A DNA stretch of 46,776 nucleotides from Nitrospinota bacterium (GCA_046581755.1 JAYGFR010000191.1:1-46776), one strand, 5' to 3'; numbered from the stretch's first letter, positions 32,235 through 41,117 are shown. The notes: a model not told the origin generated them from the sequence alone. Numbers and translations: made by a program.

Positions 32235-33263
32235 TCACCACTCCAGAACGATTCTCCCGATGGGATCGCCCGCCCGGAGGCGGTCCATGGCCTCGTTGGC
32301 CTCCTGCATGGGCGCAAGCTCGGATATGACGGGTATCACCCTTCCGTCGTTGACGAGGGTGGCGGCGTCGCGGACATCCTGGACGCTGTGATTGTGGGAG
32401 GCGATGATCTGGATCCATTTATAGACGAGCTTGGCGGGGTCGATCGGGAAAGCCTGCCCGTAGTGGTAGCCCAGAATCACCAGTCTGCCGCCCGGAGCGA
32501 GGAGTTCGAGGCACTGCTGGAGCACGGGCGGAACGGCCGCTCCGCCGACGATCTCGAGGGCGACCTCGGCCCCGACGCCGCCGGTCATGTCGAGGACGGC
32601 CTTGACCGGGTCCTCGGTGGCGGCGTCGACAGTCGCGGAGGCCCCGAGCTCCTTGGCCTTTTCCATTTTTTCGGGCTGGACGTCCACCCCGATGACCTTG
32701 ACCCCGAGACAGCAAAGAAGCTGGAGCGCATGGAGGCCCAGGCCGCCGAGCCCGAAAATAACGGCCGTCTCGCCGAGCTGGACGCGCGCCATGCGGATGG
32801 CGTGGAGGGGGGAGGCCAGCGTTCCCCCGATGAGGGAGGCGCCCCCGAGCGGCACGTTGTCGCCGATCTTCACGAGGTTCCGCTCGGGCGCGGCGACGTA
32901 TTGCCCGAAGCCCCCGTCGATTTCCATCCCCATGCGGCCGGGCGAGTTCAGGCACATCTCCTCGTGGCCGCTCCGGCACATCCGACACCGGTCGCAGGTT
33001 TGCTTGGCCACGACGACCACGCGGTCGCCGGGCTGGACCGAGTCCACGCCGGGTCCGGTCTCGACGACGATGCCCGCGTTTTCATGGCCGAGCATGAGGG
33101 GAACCGGGGAGCTTTTGACCAGGCCGTCCACTACCTTCAGGTCGGTGGCGCAAAGGCCGTTTGCCTTCGACTCGATCAAAACCTGGCCGGGCCCGGGCCG
33201 GGGATCGGGAACCTCTTCGTATTGGAGCGGCTGGCCAAATTCTTTTAAAACCATCCCTTTCAT
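32235..33263 (-). CDS. Zinc-binding alcohol dehydrogenase (MDR family)
   Basis: GLCATD, LGHE, CDRCRMCRSGHEEMC structural Zn site, FGLGGLG. Confidence 0.92.
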   Translation of the reverse strand: MKGMVLKEFGQPLQYEEVPDPRPGPGQVLIESKANGLCATDLKVVDGLVKSSPVPLMLGHENAGIVVETGPGVDSVQPGDRVVVVAKQTCDRCRMCRSGHEEMCLNSPGRMGMEIDGGFGQYVAAPERNLVKIGDNVPLGGASLIGGTLASPLHAIRMARVQLGETAVIFGLGGLGLHALQLLCCLGVKVIGVDVQPEKMEKAKELGASATVDAATEDPVKAVLDMTGGVGAEVALEIVGGAAVPPVLQQCLELLAPGGRLVILGYHYGQAFPIDPAKLVYKWIQIIASHNHSVQDVRDAATLVNDGRVIPVISELAPMQEANEAMDRLRAGDPIGRIVLEW

Positions 33264-33606
33264 TCGGACAATCTCCAGACCAACAAGTTTGAATGCGTGG
33301 GTTCAGGATTGAATGGGCCATCATAAAAGGGCCGGATGGCGGTGACAAACGGCGGGAAGCCCCGAGGCGGGGGAATCGAAAATTCGCGGCGGGGCGCCGA
33401 TGGGCGGGAGGGCGCGATCCGCCCGCCTGAAAGGATGTCCGGGGGCTTTTTGTGTTAAAATTGCCCGATTGAGGCTTATATTTCCATGTTCATTTTAGCT
33501 GGCGAACGGGGAAAAACCGTCAGGTTCCGGAGCGGTGGCCGTTTTCGTACTCCGTCCGGCTGCGCTTCCGGCGGCTCCCCCGGTCAAAGCGGCGGCGGAG
33601 TTTCGA

Positions 33607-36600
33607 ATGCCAACACAAGCCGAAGAGATACGGGCGGTTCTGGATAAAACCCCGCTGTTTTCCTATCTCGAGGAGCCGATTCTCGAAAGCCTGGTGTCGA
33701 AATTCGAAATCATCAGCTACGACCTCGGCGATACGATTATCCAATCGGGCGATCCGGGGGACTCCTTCTACGTCATCTTCAACGGCCGGGCCCGGGTGGT
33801 GGGAGACGGGCCGGGGGGGGAGGAACTCACCCTGATCACCCTTTCGCGGGGGGATTTTTTCGGCGAGCGTGCGCTGATCACGGGCGCCCCCCGATCGGCG
33901 ACGATTCGCGCCTCGACGGATATCGTCCTGGCGCGGCTTTCGAAGGAGTATTTCGTCGGTGCGATCGAGAACGATCCCGAGGCGAAAAAATTCCTGGAAG
34001 GCCATATCGAGCATGAAGCGCTCCATAATTTTCTCCGCCAGTTCACGATTCTCTCGTCGCTGAACGCCAAGGAAACCAAAGCCTGGGTGGAGGATATGAC
34101 CGAGGAGAACTTCGCGCCGGGCGATTTCATCTTCCACCAAGGGGACGAGGCCGACAAGTTTTACATCATCCTGGAGGGCAAGGCGGAGGTTCTGAAAAAG
34201 GAGGAGGGCGCCGAGAAGGCGGTGACCACGCTCCGGGGCGGGGATTTTTTCGGCGAGCTGGCCCTTTTGACCCGCAAGCCGAGAGCGGCCAGCATCCGCA
34301 CGAAAGACGGCCTGAAGGCGCTCACCCTCTCCAAGGAGAATTTCGAGAATCTCGTCACCAAATCCGATTCTCTCAAGGAAAAAATATCGAGCGTCATCGC
34401 CCTCTACAATCTGGACGTCCTCCCCGAGGAGATGCCGTTCGATGTCAGGAAATCCGCTCCGCTGCCCGCCATGCGGCTTCCAGCGGAGACGGCCCCCGCC
34501 GAGGAGGACCCGGAGAGCGAGCCGTTCGAGTTCCGGGCCCGGGGCCGGGGGCTGCTCGGCAAGTGGATCAAAAGGCTCCGCTACCCCTGGATCGAACAAT
34601 ACGACGAGACCGACTGCGGGGCCGCCTGCCTGGCGATGATCTGCCGCTACTACGGGAAGCGGATTAGCGTGACCCGCCTGCGCGATCTGGCCAATGTGTC
34701 CCAGCAGGGCGCGACCCTCCTCAGCGTCGCCTCGGCGGCGGAGGAGATCGGCTTCGGGACGCACGCCGTCAACACGACCTACGAGGACCTGATGGGGACC
34801 GCCGGGCCGGCCATTGTCCACTGGGCGGGCTTTCATTACGTGGTCGTTTATGAAATCGATGAAGAGGGCGTTACGGTGGCCGATCCGGGTCTGGGCCTGA
34901 TTCGAATCGGCCGCGCCGAGTTCACCGAAAGCTGGACGGGATTCGCCCTGATACTCCGCCCGACGGGCCGCCTGAACCGGGCGGAGGAGTCCCGCCCGCT
35001 GCTGGGGCGGTTTTTCTCGTTGTTCCTCCCCTACAAGGCGCTTTTGGGCGAGGTGATGGCCTGCTCGCTCCTGGTGAGCCTGCTGGGGCTGGCGATGCCG
35101 GTGTTTGTCCAAATCATGATCGATCGGGCCATTTCGGGCCAAGACGCCGGATTGCTGAACACCATGCTTGCCGCGATGGTGATGGTGACCATCCTCAGCC
35201 TCTTGATCTCGGCCCTGCGGGGCTACCTCATGACGTTGGTTTCCAACCGGTTCGAAATTTCCTCTCTCAGCCGGCTTTACCGCCATATCCTGAGCACCCC
35301 GATGCGGTTCTTCAACGCCCGGAAGGTGGGGGACATCCTTGCGCGTTTCGTGGAAAACGAGAGCATCAACGATTTGCTGAATCGAAAATCTCTCTCGATT
35401 CTCATCGATGCGATGATGGTGGCCGTCTCCCTTGCGGCGATGCTCTACTACAGCCCCTTCCTCACCCTTATCACCGCCCTGTTTATCCCGATATTCGGGG
35501 GCGTTTCGGTCGGTTTTTCGCCGCTCCTGAGGACGATGAGCCGGAGGCAGGTCGCCGCCGACGCGGCGAACGATTCGTTCCTGGTGGAATCGCTCAGCGG
35601 GGTTGGCACCCTCAAGGCGGCGGGCGCCGAGGAGGCCACCCGCTCGAAGTGGGAGGCGCTCTACGCCAAATCGATCCGTGTCCGCTTCCGCTACGCGATG
35701 GCCAATATGTCGGTCGAAACCGCCTCGCAGTTTCTCGAATCCCTATCGGGGCTGGTCCTGCTCTATTTCGGCGCATCCCTGGCGATTCGGGGGGAAATGA
35801 CCGTCGGCCAGTTGATGGCGTTTTATATTCTGGCGAACAACGTGAACGAGCCGATCCATCAGCTGGTTTCGATATGGAACCAGGTCCTGGATTCGCTCGC
35901 CTCGACCGAACGCGTGTCGGACATCTATATCATCGAACCCGAGGAAGGCCCGGACAGCGGAGATAAAATCGAGCTTTCCGATGTGCGGGGACACATCCGG
36001 TTCGAAAACGTGACGTTCTCCTACATCGAGCATGAGCCTCCCGTCCTCCGGAATGTGTCGTTCGAAATCCAGCCGGGCCAAAACGCCGCTCTCGTGGGCC
36101 GGAGCGGAAGCGGAAAAACGACCCTGGTGAATCTGCTCCTCAGGTTCTACACCCCCCAGGTGGGGCGCATCCTGATCGATGGGAACGACATCGAAGACGT
36201 ATTGGTCGATTCGCTCCGGAAACAGGTGGGCGCGGTTCTCCAGGAAAATTCGCTGTTTGGCGGGAGCGTGCGTCAGAACATCGCGCTCTCGCGGCCCGAG
36301 GCTCCGCTGAGCGAGGTGCTCGATGCCGCCCGGCTGGCCTCGGCGCACGATTTCATCTCGCATCTCCCGGCCCATTACGACACCGACGTCGGCGAGTGGG
36401 GCAGCTCTCTTTCGGGCGGGCAGCGCCAGCTGGTCGCCATTGCCCGGACCCTTTTCGCCAAGCCCGCGATTCTCGTTCTCGATGAGGCGATGAGCGCGCT
36501 GGACAGCGAATCCGAGAGAGCGGTCCAGAAAAACATGACCGCCATTTCGCAGACCCGCACCGTTCTATTCGTCGCCCACCGGGTTACCGCGGCGCAAAAC

Positions 36601-36720
36601 TCGGATCTCATCCTGGTCCTGGACAACGGCGTCATCGTCGAGCAGGGGACCCACCACGAACTGATGGATCGCCGCGGCCTGTATTATTATTTATTTAGTC
36701 AATCTCTTCCGGTGAATTAG
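33607..36720 (+). CDS. Peptidase-containing ABC transporter (PCAT, HlyB/HetC-like): 2 cNMP domains + C39 peptidase + TMD + ATPase
   Basis: GDFFGERAL...PRSAT and GDFFGELAL...PRAAS (cNMP); QYDETDCGAAC and HWAGFHYVVVY (C39); GRSGSGKT, LSGGQ, LVLDE, AHR (ABC). GGAG RBS before ATG 33607. Confidence 0.92.
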   Translation: MPTQAEEIRAVLDKTPLFSYLEEPILESLVSKFEIISYDLGDTIIQSGDPGDSFYVIFNGRARVVGDGPGGEELTLITLSRGDFFGERALITGAPRSATIRASTDIVLARLSKEYFVGAIENDPEAKKFLEGHIEHEALHNFLRQFTILSSLNAKETKAWVEDMTEENFAPGDFIFHQGDEADKFYIILEGKAEVLKKEEGAEKAVTTLRGGDFFGELALLTRKPRAASIRTKDGLKALTLSKENFENLVTKSDSLKEKISSVIALYNLDVLPEEMPFDVRKSAPLPAMRLPAETAPAEEDPESEPFEFRARGRGLLGKWIKRLRYPWIEQYDETDCGAACLAMICRYYGKRISVTRLRDLANVSQQGATLLSVASAAEEIGFGTHAVNTTYEDLMGTAGPAIVHWAGFHYVVVYEIDEEGVTVADPGLGLIRIGRAEFTESWTGFALILRPTGRLNRAEESRPLLGRFFSLFLPYKALLGEVMACSLLVSLLGLAMPVFVQIMIDRAISGQDAGLLNTMLAAMVMVTILSLLISALRGYLMTLVSNRFEISSLSRLYRHILSTPMRFFNARKVGDILARFVENESINDLLNRKSLSILIDAMMVAVSLAAMLYYSPFLTLITALFIPIFGGVSVGFSPLLRTMSRRQVAADAANDSFLVESLSGVGTLKAAGAEEATRSKWEALYAKSIRVRFRYAMANMSVETASQFLESLSGLVLLYFGASLAIRGEMTVGQLMAFYILANNVNEPIHQLVSIWNQVLDSLASTERVSDIYIIEPEEGPDSGDKIELSDVRGHIRFENVTFSYIEHEPPVLRNVSFEIQPGQNAALVGRSGSGKTTLVNLLLRFYTPQVGRILIDGNDIEDVLVDSLRKQVGAVLQENSLFGGSVRQNIALSRPEAPLSEVLDAARLASAHDFISHLPAHYDTDVGEWGSSLSGGQRQLVAIARTLFAKPAILVLDEAMSALDSESERAVQKNMTAISQTRTVLFVAHRVTAAQNSDLILVLDNGVIVEQGTHHELMDRRGLYYYLFSQSLPVN

Positions 36721-36910
36721 CCTGGAATCCGGCTGCCCGGAGGGGAAAATTGCGATATCAGCGCTTGGAGTACGGCAAGGGGAATGATAGTATTTTCCAA
36801 TTCTAGTATTTGAAAGGATTTGCGCGGATTGAGGGTTCCGGGATTTCCGGTTCCGGAAAATGGAGATTGGTGGTTCCGCCTGAGATCCGGCAATCGCTTG
36901 GAGAGCAGGA

Positions 36911-37711
36911 ATGATGGAGCAATTCGACAGTGTTGGCATCGCGAAGGTGGGCGCCGAGAGCGTTTCGCTGAGCGATCTCATTTTTCACCTGAAAACGGAC
37001 CTGAATCAAAATGTTCTGGACTCGACCATTCACGAATGTTTGTTGAGGACGGCCTCGAAAGAGATGGGGATCACCGTCAGCGATGAGGACCTTCAGACCG
37101 CGGCGGATGATTTCCGGCGGAAAAAGACGCTCATATCCGCGCAAGAGACCTTTGACTGGCTCGCCGACAACGGATTGTCCATGGATGAATTCGAGCGGAA
37201 ACTCGAAGGGGATATCGTCCTCGAGCGGATCATGGGCCAGGTGGCCTCCGAGGAGGCGCTGTGGAAAGTTTTTAACGAAAACATCACGGAATTCCAGCAT
37301 GTGAAAATCGGCTTGATCGTTGTCGATAAGGCGGGTGTGGCCAAGGAGATCGTGAGCCGGATTCAAGAAGGCGAGGCCGATTTCATTGAGCTCTCGCTCG
37401 AGCATTCCATTTCTCGCGAGGTGGAGGAAAATGGAGGCTATATGGGCCGGGCCTACCGGAACGATCTTCCCTACGAGGTGGACGCCCAGGTGTTCGACGA
37501 TAACGCGCCCGGTTTGGTGGGCCCCATCGAGGTGGGGGATAATTACTACATCGTGAAGATTTACGAAAAAATGGGCGCGGAATTCGATAAAGCTGCCCGG
37601 GATCTGTGCTCCCGGATGCTGTTGGACCAATTTTTACAGGAAAAATCCGCGGCCTTCGGCGTCAAGGTTCATATATTGCCCGATCCGCCGCCAGGCGCGG
37701 GCGCCGAATAG
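36911..37711 (+). CDS. PpiC/SurA-like peptidylprolyl isomerase or foldase
   Basis: SurA-like helical N-part (GITVSDEDLQ); parvulin-like FIELSLEHS...NGGYMG...LVGPIE..YYIVK. Confidence 0.8.
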   Translation: MMEQFDSVGIAKVGAESVSLSDLIFHLKTDLNQNVLDSTIHECLLRTASKEMGITVSDEDLQTAADDFRRKKTLISAQETFDWLADNGLSMDEFERKLEGDIVLERIMGQVASEEALWKVFNENITEFQHVKIGLIVVDKAGVAKEIVSRIQEGEADFIELSLEHSISREVEENGGYMGRAYRNDLPYEVDAQVFDDNAPGLVGPIEVGDNYYIVKIYEKMGAEFDKAARDLCSRMLLDQFLQEKSAAFGVKVHILPDPPPGAGAE

Positions 37712-37836
37712 GCGTTTACCGAGTTCGCAGATTTTATGGGATTCGCAAAAAATCATCGGGTTCGCAAAAAAAAAAGGCCGACGCCCTGTTTTTTGATCGG
37801 TGCCAGCTTTCTGGCCGGCCCATCCTTGAGCGCCGA

Positions 37837-38034
37837 TTATTTCTCGTGGCCGTGCGGGCTCTTGCGGTAGCCGGAGATCGGGAATTTCTGGGTCTTGGCG
37901 CCGTAGAATGTCCGGAATCGGTACCCTTTCAGGACCCCCTTGGAAGCCCACCGGCCCCCTTGGACCTCATCCATTTCCTCGGTGCTCAGATCGGATGTCT
38001 TCTTTTCAAGATCCTGTATCTTGATCCGGACCAT
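37837..38034 (-). CDS. Double-glycine-leader peptide precursor (putative bacteriocin or signalling peptide)
   Basis: AAAGGAG RBS; leader ends DLSTEEMDEVQGG, matching the ELSxEELxxVxGG consensus; 38-aa core with 10 K/R; adjacent to the C39 PCAT locus. Confidence 0.8.
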   Translation of the reverse strand: MVRIKIQDLEKKTSDLSTEEMDEVQGGRWASKGVLKGYRFRTFYGAKTQKFPISGYRKSPHGHEK

Positions 38035-38107
38035 GTATTCTCCTTTCCCGAGAGTTTGCTACGGGAAAATTCAAATCCCGCGTAAATGAGTTCCCCGCTC
38101 CCCCCCA

Positions 38108-38139
38108 CATACGACTATGTTAGCTAACATAGTCGTATG
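38108..38139. promoter_or_regulatory. Perfect 32-bp palindrome, putative operator
   Basis: catacgactatgttag|ctaacatagtcgtatg, about 75 bp upstream of the peptide gene. Confidence 0.65.
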
Positions 38140-38155
38140 CAACCCAGTTTGTCAA
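38126..38155 (-). promoter_or_regulatory. Putative sigma70 promoter of the peptide gene
   Basis: Minus strand TTGACA (38155-38150), 18-nt spacer, TATGTT (38131-38126). Confidence 0.55.
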
Positions 38156-38208
38156 TAGGGCCCTTGAGTTTTTTTAAGGAAAATTATTTGCCTATCCGGC
38201 CCCAAAAA

Positions 38209-38581
38209 GGGATGTCCCGTTCTCTGTTGAAATTGAAGGGCGGCCCCTGGTAGCTATGTAGCCTCTTCCACTTTGAGTTTTCCGTCAATCCGCTCGTCAT
38301 TGCGTTCAAGGGCAGGGCTGAGGCGGGCCATGCCCTCGTAGGCCCGCACCCGGCAGAATCCCTTTCCGGCTTCCATCAGGCCCGCCTTGAGGGCAAAAGC
38401 GTGCAATTCCGTACGCAACAGCCCTTCCAGGGCGATCTCCGGGCTCTCTTGGCTTATAGGTCCTCTTCTGACAGTCTTCTTCATCGGTGGCTCCTTGGTA
38501 TTAGGGTTGATGACATCCCCCGATCGTCTCATCGGGGCCAAGGAGCCGCCACTCAAATTTCAACAGCCTTCGGGACTATGC
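38209..38581 (-). mobile_element. Internally deleted IS256-family-like element (MITE-like)
   Basis: Imperfect TIRs gggatgtcccgttctctgttgaaattgaagggcggc / gcatagtcccgaaggctgttgaaatttgagtggcggc. The internal ORF fuses a transposase-like N-terminus (GLLRTELHAFALKAGL) to a C-terminus (EAGKGFCRVRAYEGMARLSPAL). Confidence 0.65.
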
Positions 38582-39237
38582 CCAAGGATTTGCTTCCGGT
38601 TGGTTCGGTAATTCTTCTCGTTGATCCAGTGAATAAGCTCTGGATGCAATCGCGTCTGATCGGGTGGGAGGAGGGCGGCTGTCTGATGGTGGAGCAGCCG
38701 ACCCGGGGCGGATCGGCCGTTCAGTTAACCAAGGATCTGACTCTCGTCGGCCGAGGGATGTACGAGGGGCGGGTGTGGGGATTCAAATCCAACGTTTTGT
38801 TTCAGACGGTCCAGCCCTTCCGAATTTTGTTTCTCGCCTATCCGAAACAAATTGAGGAAGTTTCCCTCCGGAAGAACGAAAGAATTTCCATTAGCCTCGA
38901 AGTTTTTCTTTCTGCGCGGCGGCACGATTTTGAAGCGATAAAAAAAGATAAAGGCGGCCCCAAAGGGAACGTCAAAAATATCAGCGTGGCAGGATGCAGC
39001 ATTTCGTGTCCGTTCCGCTTCGAGTCGAATATGCCCGTTTTTATTTCGGGAGATTTGCCGAACGGAAAGTCGATGGACAATGTGTTGGGTTTTATCCGGA
39101 ACGTGACGCGTAGTCAGAACGAAAATATATACGGGATTCATTTCGAGGAGAAAAATAGCGATTTGGAGGGACTGCGGGAGTTCGTCGCGCTGGCCGCGAA
39201 GATCGTATTCAGGGGCGATGCGGAGAATCACTCCTAA
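38578..39237 (+). CDS. PilZ-domain protein (YcgR/flagellar brake-like, PilZN + PilZ)
   Basis: FRILFLAYPKQIE linker, RKNER (RxxxR) and NISVAGC (D/NxSxxG) c-di-GMP motifs. Start uncertain. Confidence 0.82.
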   Translation: MPKDLLPVGSVILLVDPVNKLWMQSRLIGWEEGGCLMVEQPTRGGSAVQLTKDLTLVGRGMYEGRVWGFKSNVLFQTVQPFRILFLAYPKQIEEVSLRKNERISISLEVFLSARRHDFEAIKKDKGGPKGNVKNISVAGCSISCPFRFESNMPVFISGDLPNGKSMDNVLGFIRNVTRSQNENIYGIHFEEKNSDLEGLREFVALAAKIVFRGDAENHS

Positions 39238-39259
39238 AGCCCGAAAGCGTTCCAGGTAT

Positions 39260-40003
39260 CTATTTCCATCCATCTTGGCCGAAAATGAGCAGCGAAAGCG
39301 CCGCTGCTATCATCAGGCCAAGCCCTGCCGTATAGCCGATTTCGGGGGAGAACATTCCCCGGATGCGTCTTCCAATCAAAAATCCCGCCAAGGCCGGAAA
39401 CACCGCCAAAGCCGCCCGCATAGCCATGGAGGGGAGCAGGTTCCCCGATCCGCTCAGCGCCGCCACCTGCACGGCGGCGAACGCCAGGGCGGAGACGTTC
39501 ATCAACCTGACCAGGCGGGTGCGGTTCATCCGGAGGCTGTCCAGGTACATCACCGCGATCGGGCCGCCCGCATAGGCCACCCCGCCGAGCCATCCCGAGA
39601 TCAAGCCGGCCAAGTAAGCGAAAAACGTCTCATCCCTCGGGTCAAACTGAAAGCGCAGCCTCGAAATGCTATAGGCGGCGCAAATCAGGACGAAAGTCCC
39701 GACGCCCCATTTCAGGGCGATGGGCGGGGCGGACAGGAGCGTAAGAACGCCGACCGCCGCCCCAACGCCGCCCGCCCCGATGAAGGGCATCATCCGCAGG
39801 AGGGACTCGGAGGGCATTTTCCTTCCCAAAACCTTCGAAGAGGCTATGGCCAGGTTCGGGAGCGATAAAAGAATGACCGAATCGCGCACCCCGAGGAGCG
39901 CGCCCATGGCCGGCACGGCCAGAAGGCCGAAATCGAATCCAACGGCCCCCTCGAGGAGAGCCGTCGCGGAGATGATGAGAGTCTGCTCCCATGAAGGCCA
40001 CAT
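39260..40003 (-). CDS. TauE/SafE family sulfite exporter
   Basis: GAVGFDFGLLAVP, GLISGWLGGVAYAGGPIAVMYL; multiple TM segments. Confidence 0.85.
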   Translation of the reverse strand: MWPSWEQTLIISATALLEGAVGFDFGLLAVPAMGALLGVRDSVILLSLPNLAIASSKVLGRKMPSESLLRMMPFIGAGGVGAAVGVLTLLSAPPIALKWGVGTFVLICAAYSISRLRFQFDPRDETFFAYLAGLISGWLGGVAYAGGPIAVMYLDSLRMNRTRLVRLMNVSALAFAAVQVAALSGSGNLLPSMAMRAALAVFPALAGFLIGRRIRGMFSPEIGYTAGLGLMIAAALSLLIFGQDGWK

Positions 40004-40035
40004 GCGATAGTACTCAGCCGGCGGAAGAGCCGCTC

Positions 40036-41019
40036 CTAGAGGCCGAATAACTCCTCGGCGTTGAGGTGGGTGATTTGGGCGTACTCTTCGTCACTGAGGC
40101 CGGCGGATTCAAGCGTCTGGACGATATTCGTGTCCATCATATCGTATGCAAGGTCGGTACCCAGCATGATGCGATCGCTTCCCATCAAATCAACGAGAAA
40201 GCGCACGATGGGCGGATGAAAGACCAGGGCGTCGAAGTAAAAATGGGACCGCATATATTCGAGCGGCGAGCGCTTGATTTTCTGACACTCGGGCCGGACC
40301 TCCCAGCCGTGGATAAACCGGCCGGCGAGAATGGGTGCGGTGCCGCCACCGTGGAGGAAGATAAACTGCAAATCGGGCAGACGGTCGAAGATGCCCGAAA
40401 AAATCAGCCGTGCGATCGAGTTGGCGCTTTCGGTGGTGAACCCAATCAAGTTGAACAGGTGATAGTCCCGCATCTCGGACATGGCGGCGGGGTTGGCCGG
40501 GTGAACGATGATGGGAACCTTGAGCGCCGCGGCGGCCTCGTAAATAGGAAAGAACCCCTCGTCGTCGAGGTAGCGGCCGTTGACGTTGGTGCCCATGAAC
40601 CCGCCCTTCAAGCCCAGCTTCGTCACCGCGCGCTCGAGCTCGCGCACCGAGCGTTCCGCATCCTGGGCGGGCAATGTGGCGAGGCCCGAAAATCGGTCGG
40701 GATTCTCCTTGATGATCCGCGCGTAGCCGTTGTTGGCTTCCTGGGAGAGTTCCTCGGCGAGTTGGGGGTCGGCCCAATACACCCCCGGCCGGGACGAGAA
40801 AGAGAGGACGTTCATGTCGAGGCCCATCTCTTTCATGGTCTCCATCCGGACGCTCGGATCCATGAACGGCTTAAGCGGAGGCTGGCGTATGCCTTTGAGG
40901 GTGGCGTGTTTGTCGCCGTTTTCGTCCGTGTGAATCACCGCCCCGTAACGCGGACCCTCCCGTTCCATCAGATCGATATATTCTTCGGGAAAAATATGGC
41001 AATGGACGTCGATGTGCAT
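40036..41019 (-). CDS. Amidohydrolase_2 family protein (ACMSD/decarboxylase-like)
   Basis: IDVHCH, IIVHP, FLHGGG, MLGTD. Confidence 0.88.
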   Translation of the reverse strand: MHIDVHCHIFPEEYIDLMEREGPRYGAVIHTDENGDKHATLKGIRQPPLKPFMDPSVRMETMKEMGLDMNVLSFSSRPGVYWADPQLAEELSQEANNGYARIIKENPDRFSGLATLPAQDAERSVRELERAVTKLGLKGGFMGTNVNGRYLDDEGFFPIYEAAAALKVPIIVHPANPAAMSEMRDYHLFNLIGFTTESANSIARLIFSGIFDRLPDLQFIFLHGGGTAPILAGRFIHGWEVRPECQKIKRSPLEYMRSHFYFDALVFHPPIVRFLVDLMGSDRIMLGTDLAYDMMDTNIVQTLESAGLSDEEYAQITHLNAEELFGL

Positions 41020-41069
41020 ATGGGTCTCCGGAATTGGGGTGATCGACTAGCGCTAGTTAGCACCGCCCG

Positions 41070-41117
41070 CCGGAGGGTGTCAATTCCAGGGGGTGTCAAT
41101 TCCGGAGGGTGCCAATT
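41070..41117. repeat. Three tandem 16-bp direct repeats upstream of the amidohydrolase
   Basis: ccggagggtgtcaatt / ccagggggtgtcaatt / ccggagggtgccaatt. Confidence 0.8.

Noticed and set aside
33520..35286. 588-aa antisense ORF over the ABC transporter
   Set aside because: No recognisable motifs; shadow of a well-supported gene.
41070..41117. Possible CRISPR array
   Set aside because: Units are 16 bp, contiguous without spacers, and no cas genes are present.
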